Assembly: GCA_003144275.1 (NCBI GenBank)
Contig: NJBF01000024.1
Span: 38,992-70,991, forward strand
Direction: 5' to 3'
From: Candidatus Heimdallarchaeota archaeon B3_Heim
Lineage (GTDB): Archaea > Asgardarchaeota > Heimdallarchaeia > Hodarchaeales > Hodarchaeaceae
Length of the DNA: 32,000 nucleotides
In this document: positions 10,171 to 21,284 of the stretch, piece after piece
How the letters are laid out: every line of letters begins with the position of its first letter
Numbering within the stretch: position 1 is the stretch's first letter
The notes under the pieces: model-generated
Database searches by the model: none
The model's input: only the letters and a program-made list of their open reading frames with translations
Told to the model about the DNA's origin: nothing
Program-made: the position numbers and the translations under genes

Positions 10171-10183
10171 TAAAAAGGTTTTA
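10171..10183 (-). promoter_or_regulatory. Probable BRE/TATA of the PAC2 gene
   Basis: Minus strand reads AAAACCTTTTTA about 26-37 nt upstream of the PAC2 ATG; similar AAAAC-T-rich motifs precede other genes in the window. Confidence 0.4.
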
Positions 10184-10195
10184 CTAAATGGGTAG

Positions 10196-10214
10196 AAAAA
10201 AAGGGAGGAGAGAG
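10196..10214 (-). terminator. Pyrimidine/oligo-T terminator after cdc48
   Basis: Minus strand CTCTCTCCTCCC-TTTTTTT shortly after the cdc48 stop. Confidence 0.45.
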
Positions 10215-10226
10215 ATTTATAGTGAC

Positions 10227-12452
<2,226 letters not shown>

Positions 12453-12470
12453 TTAATCTCTATAGGGTCT

Positions 12471-12890
12471 CTATTCAATATTCACTTTTGTTTTAGGCTT
12501 TTTGTTTGCATAGGGAGCTGTAACCGTAAGAATTCCCGCTTTAAGCCTAGCATTAGTTTTCTCAGGATCAATTGGTTCTCTAAAGTGGAAATGGTTCTTA
12601 TACTTCTTATTTAATTCCTCATTCTCTGCATTTAACCATAATCCATCTGGAGTGACTTCTAGTTGAATATCCTCTTTTGAGACACCTGGAACCTCAAATG
12701 TAATTGTATAAGCCTCATCATCTTTATTGACCTCTGCTCTACCATCAAAGCCATAATTACCAAAACCTTTAGATTTATGGAAAAATGGATGTTTTCCACC
12801 GGGAAATCCTTGTACAAAGATTTTAAAAGGATCAAATCCACACGAAATGTTAAATTCTTTATCTTTTCGTTCATCGTATTTTCTATTCAT
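12471..12890 (-). CDS. hsp20: Small heat-shock protein (Hsp20/alpha-crystallin)
   Basis: YTITFEVPGVSKEDIQLEV...ARLKAGILTVTAP and C-terminal V-x-I (KVNIE); 30 nt upstream of cdc48 on the same strand. Confidence 0.88.
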   Translation of the reverse strand: MNRKYDERKDKEFNISCGFDPFKIFVQGFPGGKHPFFHKSKGFGNYGFDGRAEVNKDDEAYTITFEVPGVSKEDIQLEVTPDGLWLNAENEELNKKYKNHFHFREPIDPEKTNARLKAGILTVTAPYANKKPKTKVNIE

Positions 12891-12950
12891 TTTAATTCTT
12901 CCTTTAGAACGTTATTTGTGATATTAAATCGTTTTATTGTTTGAATTATT

Positions 12951-12990
12951 TTATTCACATATAGTTTATATATTTATCGAATGTGAATAA
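12951..12990. promoter_or_regulatory. Perfect 10-bp inverted repeat TTATTCACAT-N20-ATGTGAATAA enclosing a TATA-like element, upstream of hsp20-cdc48
   Basis: Arms at 12951-12960 and 12981-12990; spacer ATAGTTTATATATTTATCGA; extra half-site TTATTCACA at 13146-13154. Confidence 0.6.
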
Positions 12991-13333
12991 ACGAATAATA
13001 CGCATCCAACGGTCGTAATTAAGAAAAAATAGCTGTAAAAATTCTTTATTTATGTTGTAAAATTTTCCTCCAGTAGATTTTTAATTTTAAGACCGAAATC
13101 ACGTTCTTTTTATTGAATTTCAGCTTAATTAGTAAGGAAACGAATTTATTCACAATGTTACTAAAGTATATAACATAACTTATAGTGAGAAAATCTAGAC
13201 TATTCAACTAATATGTTTTTTTTCATTTACCATAGACTTTAAGTTTAAATCCACTGCAAAATATACTTTTAACAATCACAAAAGTACCAAAGAGGTATGA
13301 CTGTAAGAGCTTACATAAAATAGAGGTATTCAT

Positions 13334-14344
13334 TTGGCATCGGAAGGTCTAATCAAGCGTCCACTTCATTTTCGTAAAGATTTTGAAAGAATCGTTGCAT
13401 TACTTGAATTGGTATTCGCCGAAGAAATTGAAGCAAGGGGAATGGATATTAGGGCCGAATTAATCACTTATAAGAGATTATTTCCCTTATTCAAAATATT
13501 AGGTTTGTTTTCGAAGACATTTCGGTATACCATGAATGGATTTGTCTTCGAAACAAAGGATGAACAAATTATTGCCTCTGTGAACACCAGTTCACTAGGA
13601 AATCGCTGGGAAATAGCAATGGTTGCTACTCATCCTGATTATCGGAGAAAAGGACTAGCTAGGGATTTAGTTACTGATGCTATCAATTTTGTAAAGGATA
13701 AAAGGGGTAACATGTGTGTGTTGGAGGTAAGATCGGAAAATACCCCCGCATATCATCTCTATCGCGATTTGGGATTTATTCATTATGATAGTATTGCAGA
13801 AATGAAATTATCTCCGGATAATTGGCCAGAAAGCATCGATTTACCCATTCCTGATGAATATACAATAACCAAGATTAAGAGAGACAATCAAACAAGTATG
13901 CAAAGATACCAATTACAGGTAAAAGAAACTTCAGAAGAGGTCCAACAATTTCTTCCTGTTGATAAAAAGCGGTTTAAAAGCTCTAAACTTAAAAATTTAT
14001 TGCGTCCAATAATGGTACGTCTTTTGTCCATGAAACTGAATTCCTGGCTTATTTATTTCAAAGAAGAACTTGTCGGGACAATTTTTGTTAATTTTAACAA
14101 ATCAGGTAAGAACCCCCATAGAGTAGAACTGGTTATTGATCCAGATCATCAAGAAAAACTCGCCAAATCAATGTTATCCATTGCCTTAACGAAAATTAGT
14201 GACAGAGGGTTTACTAACAATAACACCCTAATAACTATTCGAAGTTCAAATTCTGATTTATTGGCTATTCTGAAAGAATCTGGATTTGAAATTGTTGAAA
14301 ACAACCACAAATTAGGATTAAAATTAAAACCAACTTATTTCTAA
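13334..14344 (+). CDS. GNAT-family N-acetyltransferase (tandem GNAT)
   Basis: Motif A VATHPDYRRKGLA, LEVRSENTPAYHLYRDLGF; degenerate second GNAT half ending ILKESGFEIV. Confidence 0.85.
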   Translation: MASEGLIKRPLHFRKDFERIVALLELVFAEEIEARGMDIRAELITYKRLFPLFKILGLFSKTFRYTMNGFVFETKDEQIIASVNTSSLGNRWEIAMVATHPDYRRKGLARDLVTDAINFVKDKRGNMCVLEVRSENTPAYHLYRDLGFIHYDSIAEMKLSPDNWPESIDLPIPDEYTITKIKRDNQTSMQRYQLQVKETSEEVQQFLPVDKKRFKSSKLKNLLRPIMVRLLSMKLNSWLIYFKEELVGTIFVNFNKSGKNPHRVELVIDPDHQEKLAKSMLSIALTKISDRGFTNNNTLITIRSSNSDLLAILKESGFEIVENNHKLGLKLKPTYF

Positions 14345-14367
14345 TAAAATGAATTGGAAATAAGGTC

Positions 14368-15213
14368 TTAAGAGTTTTTTTGGAGGAATCGTGTCCAGTG
14401 ATCGATAGATCTTTTTCTTCTTTCAGGACGATCTGAATAATAATAATCGGGAAAATCAGGATCATCTTCAATTTCTTTGGGTTTTACACCCTGTTCGAGT
14501 TTCTTTCTTATAAATTCGATACTACGTAAGAAAAATTCATTGATTTCAGTTAGATCTTTAACCGTTGCTGTTGGCCCATGACCGCTGACAATAATTGCTG
14601 GTTTTAGTTCTATCAAGGTTTCTATTACTTTTTGCCATGTTAATATATTGCATGACTCATCAGCTCCATAAGGGCCCTCTCTATTAAATACTAGATCACC
14701 AGCAATTAGTGTTTTAGTGTCAGGCTGCCATAGATATGTGCTACCATTGGTGTGACCATCAGCTTTGACTAGTTCCAGAGGCATCGGTCCATACAGTTGT
14801 AGCTTAGTCTCAAAACATATTGAAGCTTGTGTAAATTGAAAGTTTTTCACCCCATATCCTTCTTTCTCCCATTCATCTAATTCTTCTGGATCTATATTCT
14901 TCCAATAGTGTTTCTCAAATCCCATCATCATCGTTCTTATATCAGAATTTGCGATAATTGGAATATCGGTAAAGATCTAGTTTCCAAATACATGATCAGG
15001 GTGGTGATGTGTTAAAATTAATCCTGAAATAGGTTTTTCGTAATATTCTTGAACAGTGTGTCTCCATTCAGCTGCTAATTTCCAATTAACCATAGAATCA
15101 ACTATATACACTTGTTCTCCTAAATTTATAGCCACACTATTCCCATAACCGACATCTGTCCAGATAATATGATCTTCAATTACATTAAACTTCATTCTCT
15201 TTTTCTCCGTCAC
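14368..15213 (-). pseudogene. Metallo-beta-lactamase-fold hydrolase interrupted by one in-frame TAG at 14977-14979
   Basis: LTHHHPDHVFGN-(TAG)-IFTDIPIIA continues in frame into the 14368-14931 ORF, which carries GHTNGS, LIAGDLVF and IVSGHGP. Confidence 0.8.
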
Positions 15214-15259
15214 CAGTTGACCATTAACTTCATAAATATTTTCCTTTCCTATCTAAAAT

Positions 15260-15622
15260 ATGAATCATTTCAAACCTGCAGCAATTAAACCACTAATTGC
15301 TCTAGATGATCTCAATAAAATAGATATTCGTGTTGGTACAATCGAAAAGGTTGAGGATATCCCAAAATCTGAAAAAATTGTCAAATTAAGTGTTAATTTT
15401 GGAGATCACATCAGAACTATTTTAGCTGGAATTAAACAAGAGCGTGAAAATCCTAAAGAAGTTGTAGGGAAGCAAGCATTATTCATTGTCAATCTAAAAC
15501 CAAAGAAAATGATGGGGGAAATTTCTGAAGGAATGCTCTTCGATATCGGCTATTCTGATAAGATCGTTCCAGTTTTAACCATTCCTGAAAGGAACGTACC
15601 AAATGGGACACGTGCGGAATGA
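15260..15622 (+). CDS. Stand-alone tRNA-binding OB-fold protein (Trbp111/CsaA/MetRS C-terminal-like)
   Basis: IDIRVGTIEKVEDIPKSEKIVKLSVNFG...RTILAGI...FIVNLKPKKMMGEISEGML...VPNGTR. Confidence 0.85.
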   Translation: MNHFKPAAIKPLIALDDLNKIDIRVGTIEKVEDIPKSEKIVKLSVNFGDHIRTILAGIKQERENPKEVVGKQALFIVNLKPKKMMGEISEGMLFDIGYSDKIVPVLTIPERNVPNGTRAE

Positions 15623-15639
15623 CCTCTCAACAGAGAGGT

Positions 15640-17811
15640 TTACTTCTTTTTCATGGACTGTTTTTTATTCCGAATTTTAATGCCCTGAAAGGCATCAACC
15701 AGCGTTTCATATAGTAATTCAATCAATAGCGGTATTTCTGTCTCAGAGAAACCTAGGGCTCTAGCAATTGCTATATCCAAATTTTCTCTCTTACTTTCAT
15801 ATATTTGGTCTGGAAGGGCCTTTACTTTTTCGGATCTGAGAATATCAAATGCCTCTAAAATATATTTTATGTCATTTGAGGAGCATTGAGAAATATCTAG
15901 GAAGATTTTCTCTCTCATATAATCAATGATTTGTAAACGACCATATGAACCACTAATCTCCCTTCTACTATTAATAAAGAGCAAAAAATAAAACGATGAA
16001 TTCAACCACGCCCCCAAAAATTTAGATTGGTGGTGATTTTTGTCAGTTAAGACGAAAAAATTCTTAGAAGCAGTTTTCTTCTCATCTAAGAAGAGTACAT
16101 TATTAGTTGCACTAGTCAATCCAAATTTATCAACAAAGAACAGATATCCCCAAGGTTTCTTTGTCGTTAATTGATCTTCAAGATGATTTATCCATCTGGT
16201 TTTGAATTTCTTCCTTGCTGGATTCGCGTAATCTTGAGTTTTCCTAATATAAGTTTTCACTGGAGAAGTTAACTGATTTAATGGCTCTGAGACAGAAAGC
16301 GCATAATCTGCAATAGTTGGTGTTATGTACCCTTGATAATTACTCTGTTTACGTAAAGCGCTTACTAGATATTTCTCTGGTAGAATTAATTTTTCTTCTC
16401 TTGATATTAATTCATAACCTTCATTTTTCTTCACAATTTGTGTCCAGATTTTATTTGGTAAGAAAAAGAAACCAGGACCATACATTTCAACCCCCCGTAC
16501 GATCTTTAGATCTAACTCTTCACCAGATCTTATTTTATTAGTTTTTAACAATTTCTGCCTTAGATCTAATATGTTTTCACTGTGAAAGTATCTCATCCAA
16601 TTCCATTCATTAAGCAGGTGTTTGGAATGAATTAATCGCGTAGATGAGATATTTTGTTGATTTTTTATAGAATTTCCGCAAATAAGAGAAAACTTAATCC
16701 CGTAATGATTATCAGATGTTCGTTTAGTAGCAACTAAGATCAGTTCTTTGAAATCACTGCCTTCAGAAAAAGATTTAATCTCATCGGAAGTAAGAATTGA
16801 GTCAATTTCATATTTTGACATCAAATAATTTTGAATACCTTTGGAATAATTTGACAAAAATGTTGATACAGGTAATATTGCACTCAGCGTTCCTCCATGT
16901 TTGAGAATCTGATCTGCTAGAAGAATAGAGTAAATGTGCAGTCCTGGTTGTCCAATTAGATATTTAATGTATTTTTGTATGAGGGGAACTAATACCTTTC
17001 TTTGACTGTCATCAATTCTGTGTGTTCTCGTGAAGGGGGGATTCATTAATACTAAATCAAAATCATTATCAAATGGTAACGAATTACTTCTCAATCTTGT
17101 TGGTAATCTTCTAAAAGCATCACCTATGGTCGCAATAAGTATACTAGGATCCAAATTATGTTTTTGCAATTTGATTAATATTCGAGAATATGCAATTACT
17201 ACGGCAGAAGGAACAAGATCATTAATCCAAATAAGACTCGGAAAATTCATAGACATATTTTTTTCTTCTAAATAGGCCGAAATTAATCTTCCTGATCCAC
17301 AAAACGGATCTATGATTTTGGTAAACGACTTCTCCGTAAGATTTGAACAGATAATTCGTGCGGAGGGTAGTGTAGTATAATTAGCCGCTAATTTTTTCCG
17401 ATAATTTCGTTCTAACGCATTCTGCACAATTGTACCAAAGATGTCACCATTGAGAATAGGTTCAATTTCTAGCGAATGGGGGGTGAAAAGAGAAAGGTCT
17501 TGTTTCAAATCGGCCAGATAACTGAACACTTCTTTCAGAAATTTCCATAACGATATATTTTTTTCATATTTCCTTTCTAAAAATCTTAAACTCTCCATAA
17601 CTGGTTCATAATTATTTATCCTATCATTCTCTTTTATCAGTGATTTTATTATCCATAATCCTAAAGAAATAGAAATGATCAGTTCTTCTTTCGTTGAAAT
17701 CAATTTTGGTAAAGAATCAAATCGCTTTTTATCATCAAAGGATTTAATCCAGTCATTGACATCCCTTTCTAATGAATTTTCAAACAATTCTGGATCTTGA
17801 ATGCATTCCAC
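15640..17811 (-). CDS. N6-adenine DNA methyltransferase (gamma class) with C-terminal target-recognition region; no nuclease domain seen
   Basis: Motif X ANYTT, motif I IIDPFCGSGRL, motif IV LVLMNPPFTR, ILPVSTF; GTG start at 17811. Confidence 0.85.
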   Translation of the reverse strand: MECIQDPELFENSLERDVNDWIKSFDDKKRFDSLPKLISTKEELIISISLGLWIIKSLIKENDRINNYEPVMESLRFLERKYEKNISLWKFLKEVFSYLADLKQDLSLFTPHSLEIEPILNGDIFGTIVQNALERNYRKKLAANYTTLPSARIICSNLTEKSFTKIIDPFCGSGRLISAYLEEKNMSMNFPSLIWINDLVPSAVVIAYSRILIKLQKHNLDPSILIATIGDAFRRLPTRLRSNSLPFDNDFDLVLMNPPFTRTHRIDDSQRKVLVPLIQKYIKYLIGQPGLHIYSILLADQILKHGGTLSAILPVSTFLSNYSKGIQNYLMSKYEIDSILTSDEIKSFSEGSDFKELILVATKRTSDNHYGIKFSLICGNSIKNQQNISSTRLIHSKHLLNEWNWMRYFHSENILDLRQKLLKTNKIRSGEELDLKIVRGVEMYGPGFFFLPNKIWTQIVKKNEGYELISREEKLILPEKYLVSALRKQSNYQGYITPTIADYALSVSEPLNQLTSPVKTYIRKTQDYANPARKKFKTRWINHLEDQLTTKKPWGYLFFVDKFGLTSATNNVLFLDEKKTASKNFFVLTDKNHHQSKFLGAWLNSSFYFLLFINSRREISGSYGRLQIIDYMREKIFLDISQCSSNDIKYILEAFDILRSEKVKALPDQIYESKRENLDIAIARALGFSETEIPLLIELLYETLVDAFQGIKIRNKKQSMKKK

Positions 17812-18049
17812 GCCCTTAGGTCATGGTATATTCCTATATGAAATCCTAATATGAAAGTAAAGAGTGAGGATGATTGATACACCGACTCAATGTATAAAAT
17901 TTAAATTAAATCCTTTTCTTCATAGAAACCTCAGAGAATCGAGAACGATTGGCTATCTCAAGAGAAATTCTGCAAAGTCAAAGTTTATAAATATTTTAAC
18001 TGTTAGATTACTTCGGATGAAATAAATGCAACATAGAGGGATCTACTAA

Positions 18050-19837
18050 ATGCTAAGTCTGAAATCAGCAATTTATATAATCATAGTCAGTATTATATCG
18101 GCTAGCTTAGTCTCCTCATTGGTAGTAATGAATACATTGTCAACTTCCTCACTCCCAACTGAAATTGAGGACAATGCCGAGGATAAGTTACTTATTACAA
18201 CCACAATTCAAGCCCGTCAAATTGCCTCACAATTGGGCAGAACGGAATCTGTTATCAACGCGATGAGTGCTTTTGCAGAGCAAATATGGACTGATACTAC
18301 GATTCCTGACATTCCTAGTTTTTATCATGACGAAAACGTGCTTAATAACCCTCCAACCGATGTTTATTATGATGAGGTTTACGAGCGAAGACTTTCTCAT
18401 CTCTACTCGGGTTATAAGATCGCCCCAACAGCATTTGAGGAATCATATCAAGACAGTTATTTAACAAGTATTCAAGAAACTGAAAATCCTTTATCACACA
18501 TTAACAGTACGGTGATGGCTGCAATCAACCGTTCAGCAAAAATGGACATGGTTTTCCGACAGCTCTATGAGGCTTATCCAGAACATGTTTGGCTCTATAT
18601 GGGGTACGAGTATGGCTTTCATAGATCTTTTCCCTGGCATGGGCCATATTCTCGTACTTATGATCCAAGGACACGTCCTTGGTATATCGGAGCAATTACT
18701 GGAGCGAAAGATGCGGTTATCATCATGGATATAAGCGGAAGCATGCAGGGTACTCCACTTACAAATACCAAAACTGCAATGAAATCCGTACTGAAAACAT
18801 TAGGACCTAAGGATCGATTTACTGTTCTCTCTTTTTCTGCCGATGTAGATGAGTGGGACAATACTTTACAAATCGCTTCTCCTTCAAATATCAATGATGC
18901 CTCTTCTTACATCGATGATCGTAGCTCGGGAGGAAACACAAATATTAATAGCGCACTTCTAGAAGGTCTTGAAATTTTAGAAAAACATGGAACCTCTGAT
19001 CGCACACCCATGCTTATATTCATGACTGATGGTGAAGCGACCTCAGGCATAACAGAATCTGATTTAATATTATCTAACGTCGCTACTGCGAATGTAATGG
19101 GAGCTAGAATGTTTGTTTTTGGATTAGGTACTGAAATTGATCAACAGCTCTTACTAAACCTTGGATCTCAAAATGATGGAGGGACAGTTTTTGTGTTCGA
19201 TTCTGAAGATCTAACAGATGCTATGAACCTTTATTATAAATTTTTTACCTCACAAATTGATAATGCTATTAGTTGGTCATGGCCTTACGTAGATGCGAGT
19301 GGTTGGGGTATAGTAATAACTGCTTCCAAGCCAGTAACAGTTAATGGTACTCTATTAGGAGTCGTTGGAGCAGATTTAACTCTCAATTCACTCATAGACA
19401 CACTTGCAGATTTACAGCCTTCAGATAATGGTTACAACTTCATCTTTGATACAGGTAATATAGCTCTAATCCATCCTAGCTTTACCGATCTACCTATTGG
19501 AGATTGGCAAGAAGAAGAAGTAAGAGTACCTATTTCTACATTGGAAAGTTCCTCAAATAGCTTTATCTCTCTAGTTGATCGTGTTAATCTTGGGATCCCT
19601 ACAGCAGGTACAGTCTATTATGGTACCGAAAAACGTGTTGTGGCAATGGCTCCAATTGGAGAAACTTCCATGCACTTAGCTTCTGTAGCCCCAATCTTAG
19701 AATTTCTTGATCCAACAACCATTACTGCATTAAAAGGAGTTAGCACCTTCGCTCTGCTTTGGCTTGGAGGCAGTATTTCTGTAGGTACAATAGCTGCACT
19801 AGTATTAGTGATAAAATTCAAGGAGGACTTTCATTGA
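18050..19837 (+). CDS. Membrane-anchored dCache_1 protein with inserted VWA domain (alpha2delta/CACHD1-like)
   Basis: N- and C-terminal TM helices; YDPRTRPWY (18659-18685) followed by KDAVIIMDISGS (MIDAS DxSxS 18728-18742), GGNTN, IFMTDG; Cache resumes at WSWPYVDASG...GVVGAD, then NGYNFIFD...LIHP. Confidence 0.9.
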   Translation: MLSLKSAIYIIIVSIISASLVSSLVVMNTLSTSSLPTEIEDNAEDKLLITTTIQARQIASQLGRTESVINAMSAFAEQIWTDTTIPDIPSFYHDENVLNNPPTDVYYDEVYERRLSHLYSGYKIAPTAFEESYQDSYLTSIQETENPLSHINSTVMAAINRSAKMDMVFRQLYEAYPEHVWLYMGYEYGFHRSFPWHGPYSRTYDPRTRPWYIGAITGAKDAVIIMDISGSMQGTPLTNTKTAMKSVLKTLGPKDRFTVLSFSADVDEWDNTLQIASPSNINDASSYIDDRSSGGNTNINSALLEGLEILEKHGTSDRTPMLIFMTDGEATSGITESDLILSNVATANVMGARMFVFGLGTEIDQQLLLNLGSQNDGGTVFVFDSEDLTDAMNLYYKFFTSQIDNAISWSWPYVDASGWGIVITASKPVTVNGTLLGVVGADLTLNSLIDTLADLQPSDNGYNFIFDTGNIALIHPSFTDLPIGDWQEEEVRVPISTLESSSNSFISLVDRVNLGIPTAGTVYYGTEKRVVAMAPIGETSMHLASVAPILEFLDPTTITALKGVSTFALLWLGGSISVGTIAALVLVIKFKEDFH

Positions 19838-21093
19838 AATCATACTATGGGTTCTCACGTTTCTTGGAAGATTCTGAAGATTGGAAAGCTATTATGGGTG
19901 GGTTGCTAGTAGCGATTATTATTATTTCTACTGCTTGCGTTGGCATTTTTATTCTTAGTTCTCAACAAGCAATGATTTTGGAAGATACCCCACTCCGACA
20001 GGTAGAAGATTTGCTTCATAACCAAGCAATAGAAAGCGCAGAATCTCTAGATGTGTTTTTTTCACGAATTGAAGGAATTACTAAGGTTGTTGGTGACTAT
20101 GCTACCCAATTGTGGGAAAAAAATGACTCTACTGGAAGACCAGTTTATTATCATAATTCAACATTTAATGCACCAACAGACTTCACTTATTCAGCTAAGC
20201 ATTTCCAGGGTGTATCCTATACTTTTTCTGGTTATAAAGTCGCTCCCTCTGCTTACAACAACCAAAGTGATTACCTCACCCTAGCTGACGACCAAACTTT
20301 TGGTGATTGGTCTCCAGAAGTTACTCATACAATCAATCTATCAGCTGATATGGACTTCGTATTCCAACCTATGTATCAATCAATGGATGAAATTCTTTGG
20401 ATTTACATGGGGACAGAGGTAGGTGTCCATCGATCTTATCCATATCACGGACCTTATAGCAAAGATTACGACCCCCGAATACGTTTATGGTATTTAACAG
20501 CTCTAGATACAGCTACAGGAAAAGTAGCCTTTACGACGCCTTACGTCGATGCCAGTTCTGGAAAAGTAATTGTCACTAGCTTATATCCAGTTCGAGATCA
20601 GAGTGAGACAACTATTGGAGTTGTAGGAATTGATTTCAAACTTACTACTATTCAATCAGCTGTAATGGAGATCAGTGTACGGAAAACTGGTAGAGCTTTT
20701 TTAATAAATCGAGATTTTGAGGTACTAGCCCATCCTGCTCATACCTTACCAAACGCTACATGGCGAGAAACAGATCTCCAGGTACCTATTACAACGTTAG
20801 AGACGAATAATGAAGAATTCCTTGATATTCTGGACCAAGCTCGAAATTACATTACAGTCCAAGAAATAATTGATTATGGTGGTTCCCTAGGAAAACAAAT
20901 AGTTTCTTTGGTACCAATGAACAAAACTGATTTAATTCTCGGTTTAGCTCTTACACAACATGATACAACTGCCCCAACGGTCAAAATCTTTGAAAATTTC
21001 TTCTTTCTTGGACTAATAGCGATAGATATTGTGTTAGGGGTTGTAGTTGTAGCAGCATTTATTCAATATCGAAAGCTAGCTCACGAAATGTAA
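19834..21093 (+). CDS. Membrane-anchored dCache_1 protein without VWA; paralog of the upstream gene
   Basis: TTG start at 19834 overlaps the upstream TGA (TTGA), with AGGAGG at 19821-19826; YDPRIRLWY (20467-20493), TTPYVDASSG, GVVGID, GRAFLIN...LAHP; two TM helices. Confidence 0.85.
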   Translation: MKSYYGFSRFLEDSEDWKAIMGGLLVAIIIISTACVGIFILSSQQAMILEDTPLRQVEDLLHNQAIESAESLDVFFSRIEGITKVVGDYATQLWEKNDSTGRPVYYHNSTFNAPTDFTYSAKHFQGVSYTFSGYKVAPSAYNNQSDYLTLADDQTFGDWSPEVTHTINLSADMDFVFQPMYQSMDEILWIYMGTEVGVHRSYPYHGPYSKDYDPRIRLWYLTALDTATGKVAFTTPYVDASSGKVIVTSLYPVRDQSETTIGVVGIDFKLTTIQSAVMEISVRKTGRAFLINRDFEVLAHPAHTLPNATWRETDLQVPITTLETNNEEFLDILDQARNYITVQEIIDYGGSLGKQIVSLVPMNKTDLILGLALTQHDTTAPTVKIFENFFFLGLIAIDIVLGVVVVAAFIQYRKLAHEM

Positions 21094-21284
21094 AAGATGG
21101 ATTTAAGAAATAAGATCAGAATTACTAGTACTGAAGAGTGAAGTTACATCGTAGAGTTAGATATGAGAAACCGCTCTCATTAAACAGAATCTTATGGTTA
21201 GAAACTGAATCTAATTCAAAAAAACTTCCAAAATTGATCACATCCCAAATCAAAATTCCATAAAGGGAATTGGGTTGTTCAGGA

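Noticed and set aside
12951-12990. CIRCE/HrcA element
   Set aside because: CIRCE is TTAGCACTC-N9-GAGTGCTAA; both arms and spacer differ.
14977-14979. Genome-wide TAG recoding
   Set aside because: TAG ends hsp20 (12471) and the TIR ORF (30227), no pyl genes are in the window, and one CAG-to-TAG change explains the case.
15640-17811. Complete restriction-modification, BREX or DISARM system
   Set aside because: No endonuclease, helicase, PglZ or other partner gene is adjacent.
19759-19833. Tracked start of the second Cache gene at 19759
   Set aside because: Overlaps the TM-coding end of the upstream gene by 79 nt; TTG at 19834 has AGGAGG and a standard 4-nt overlap.
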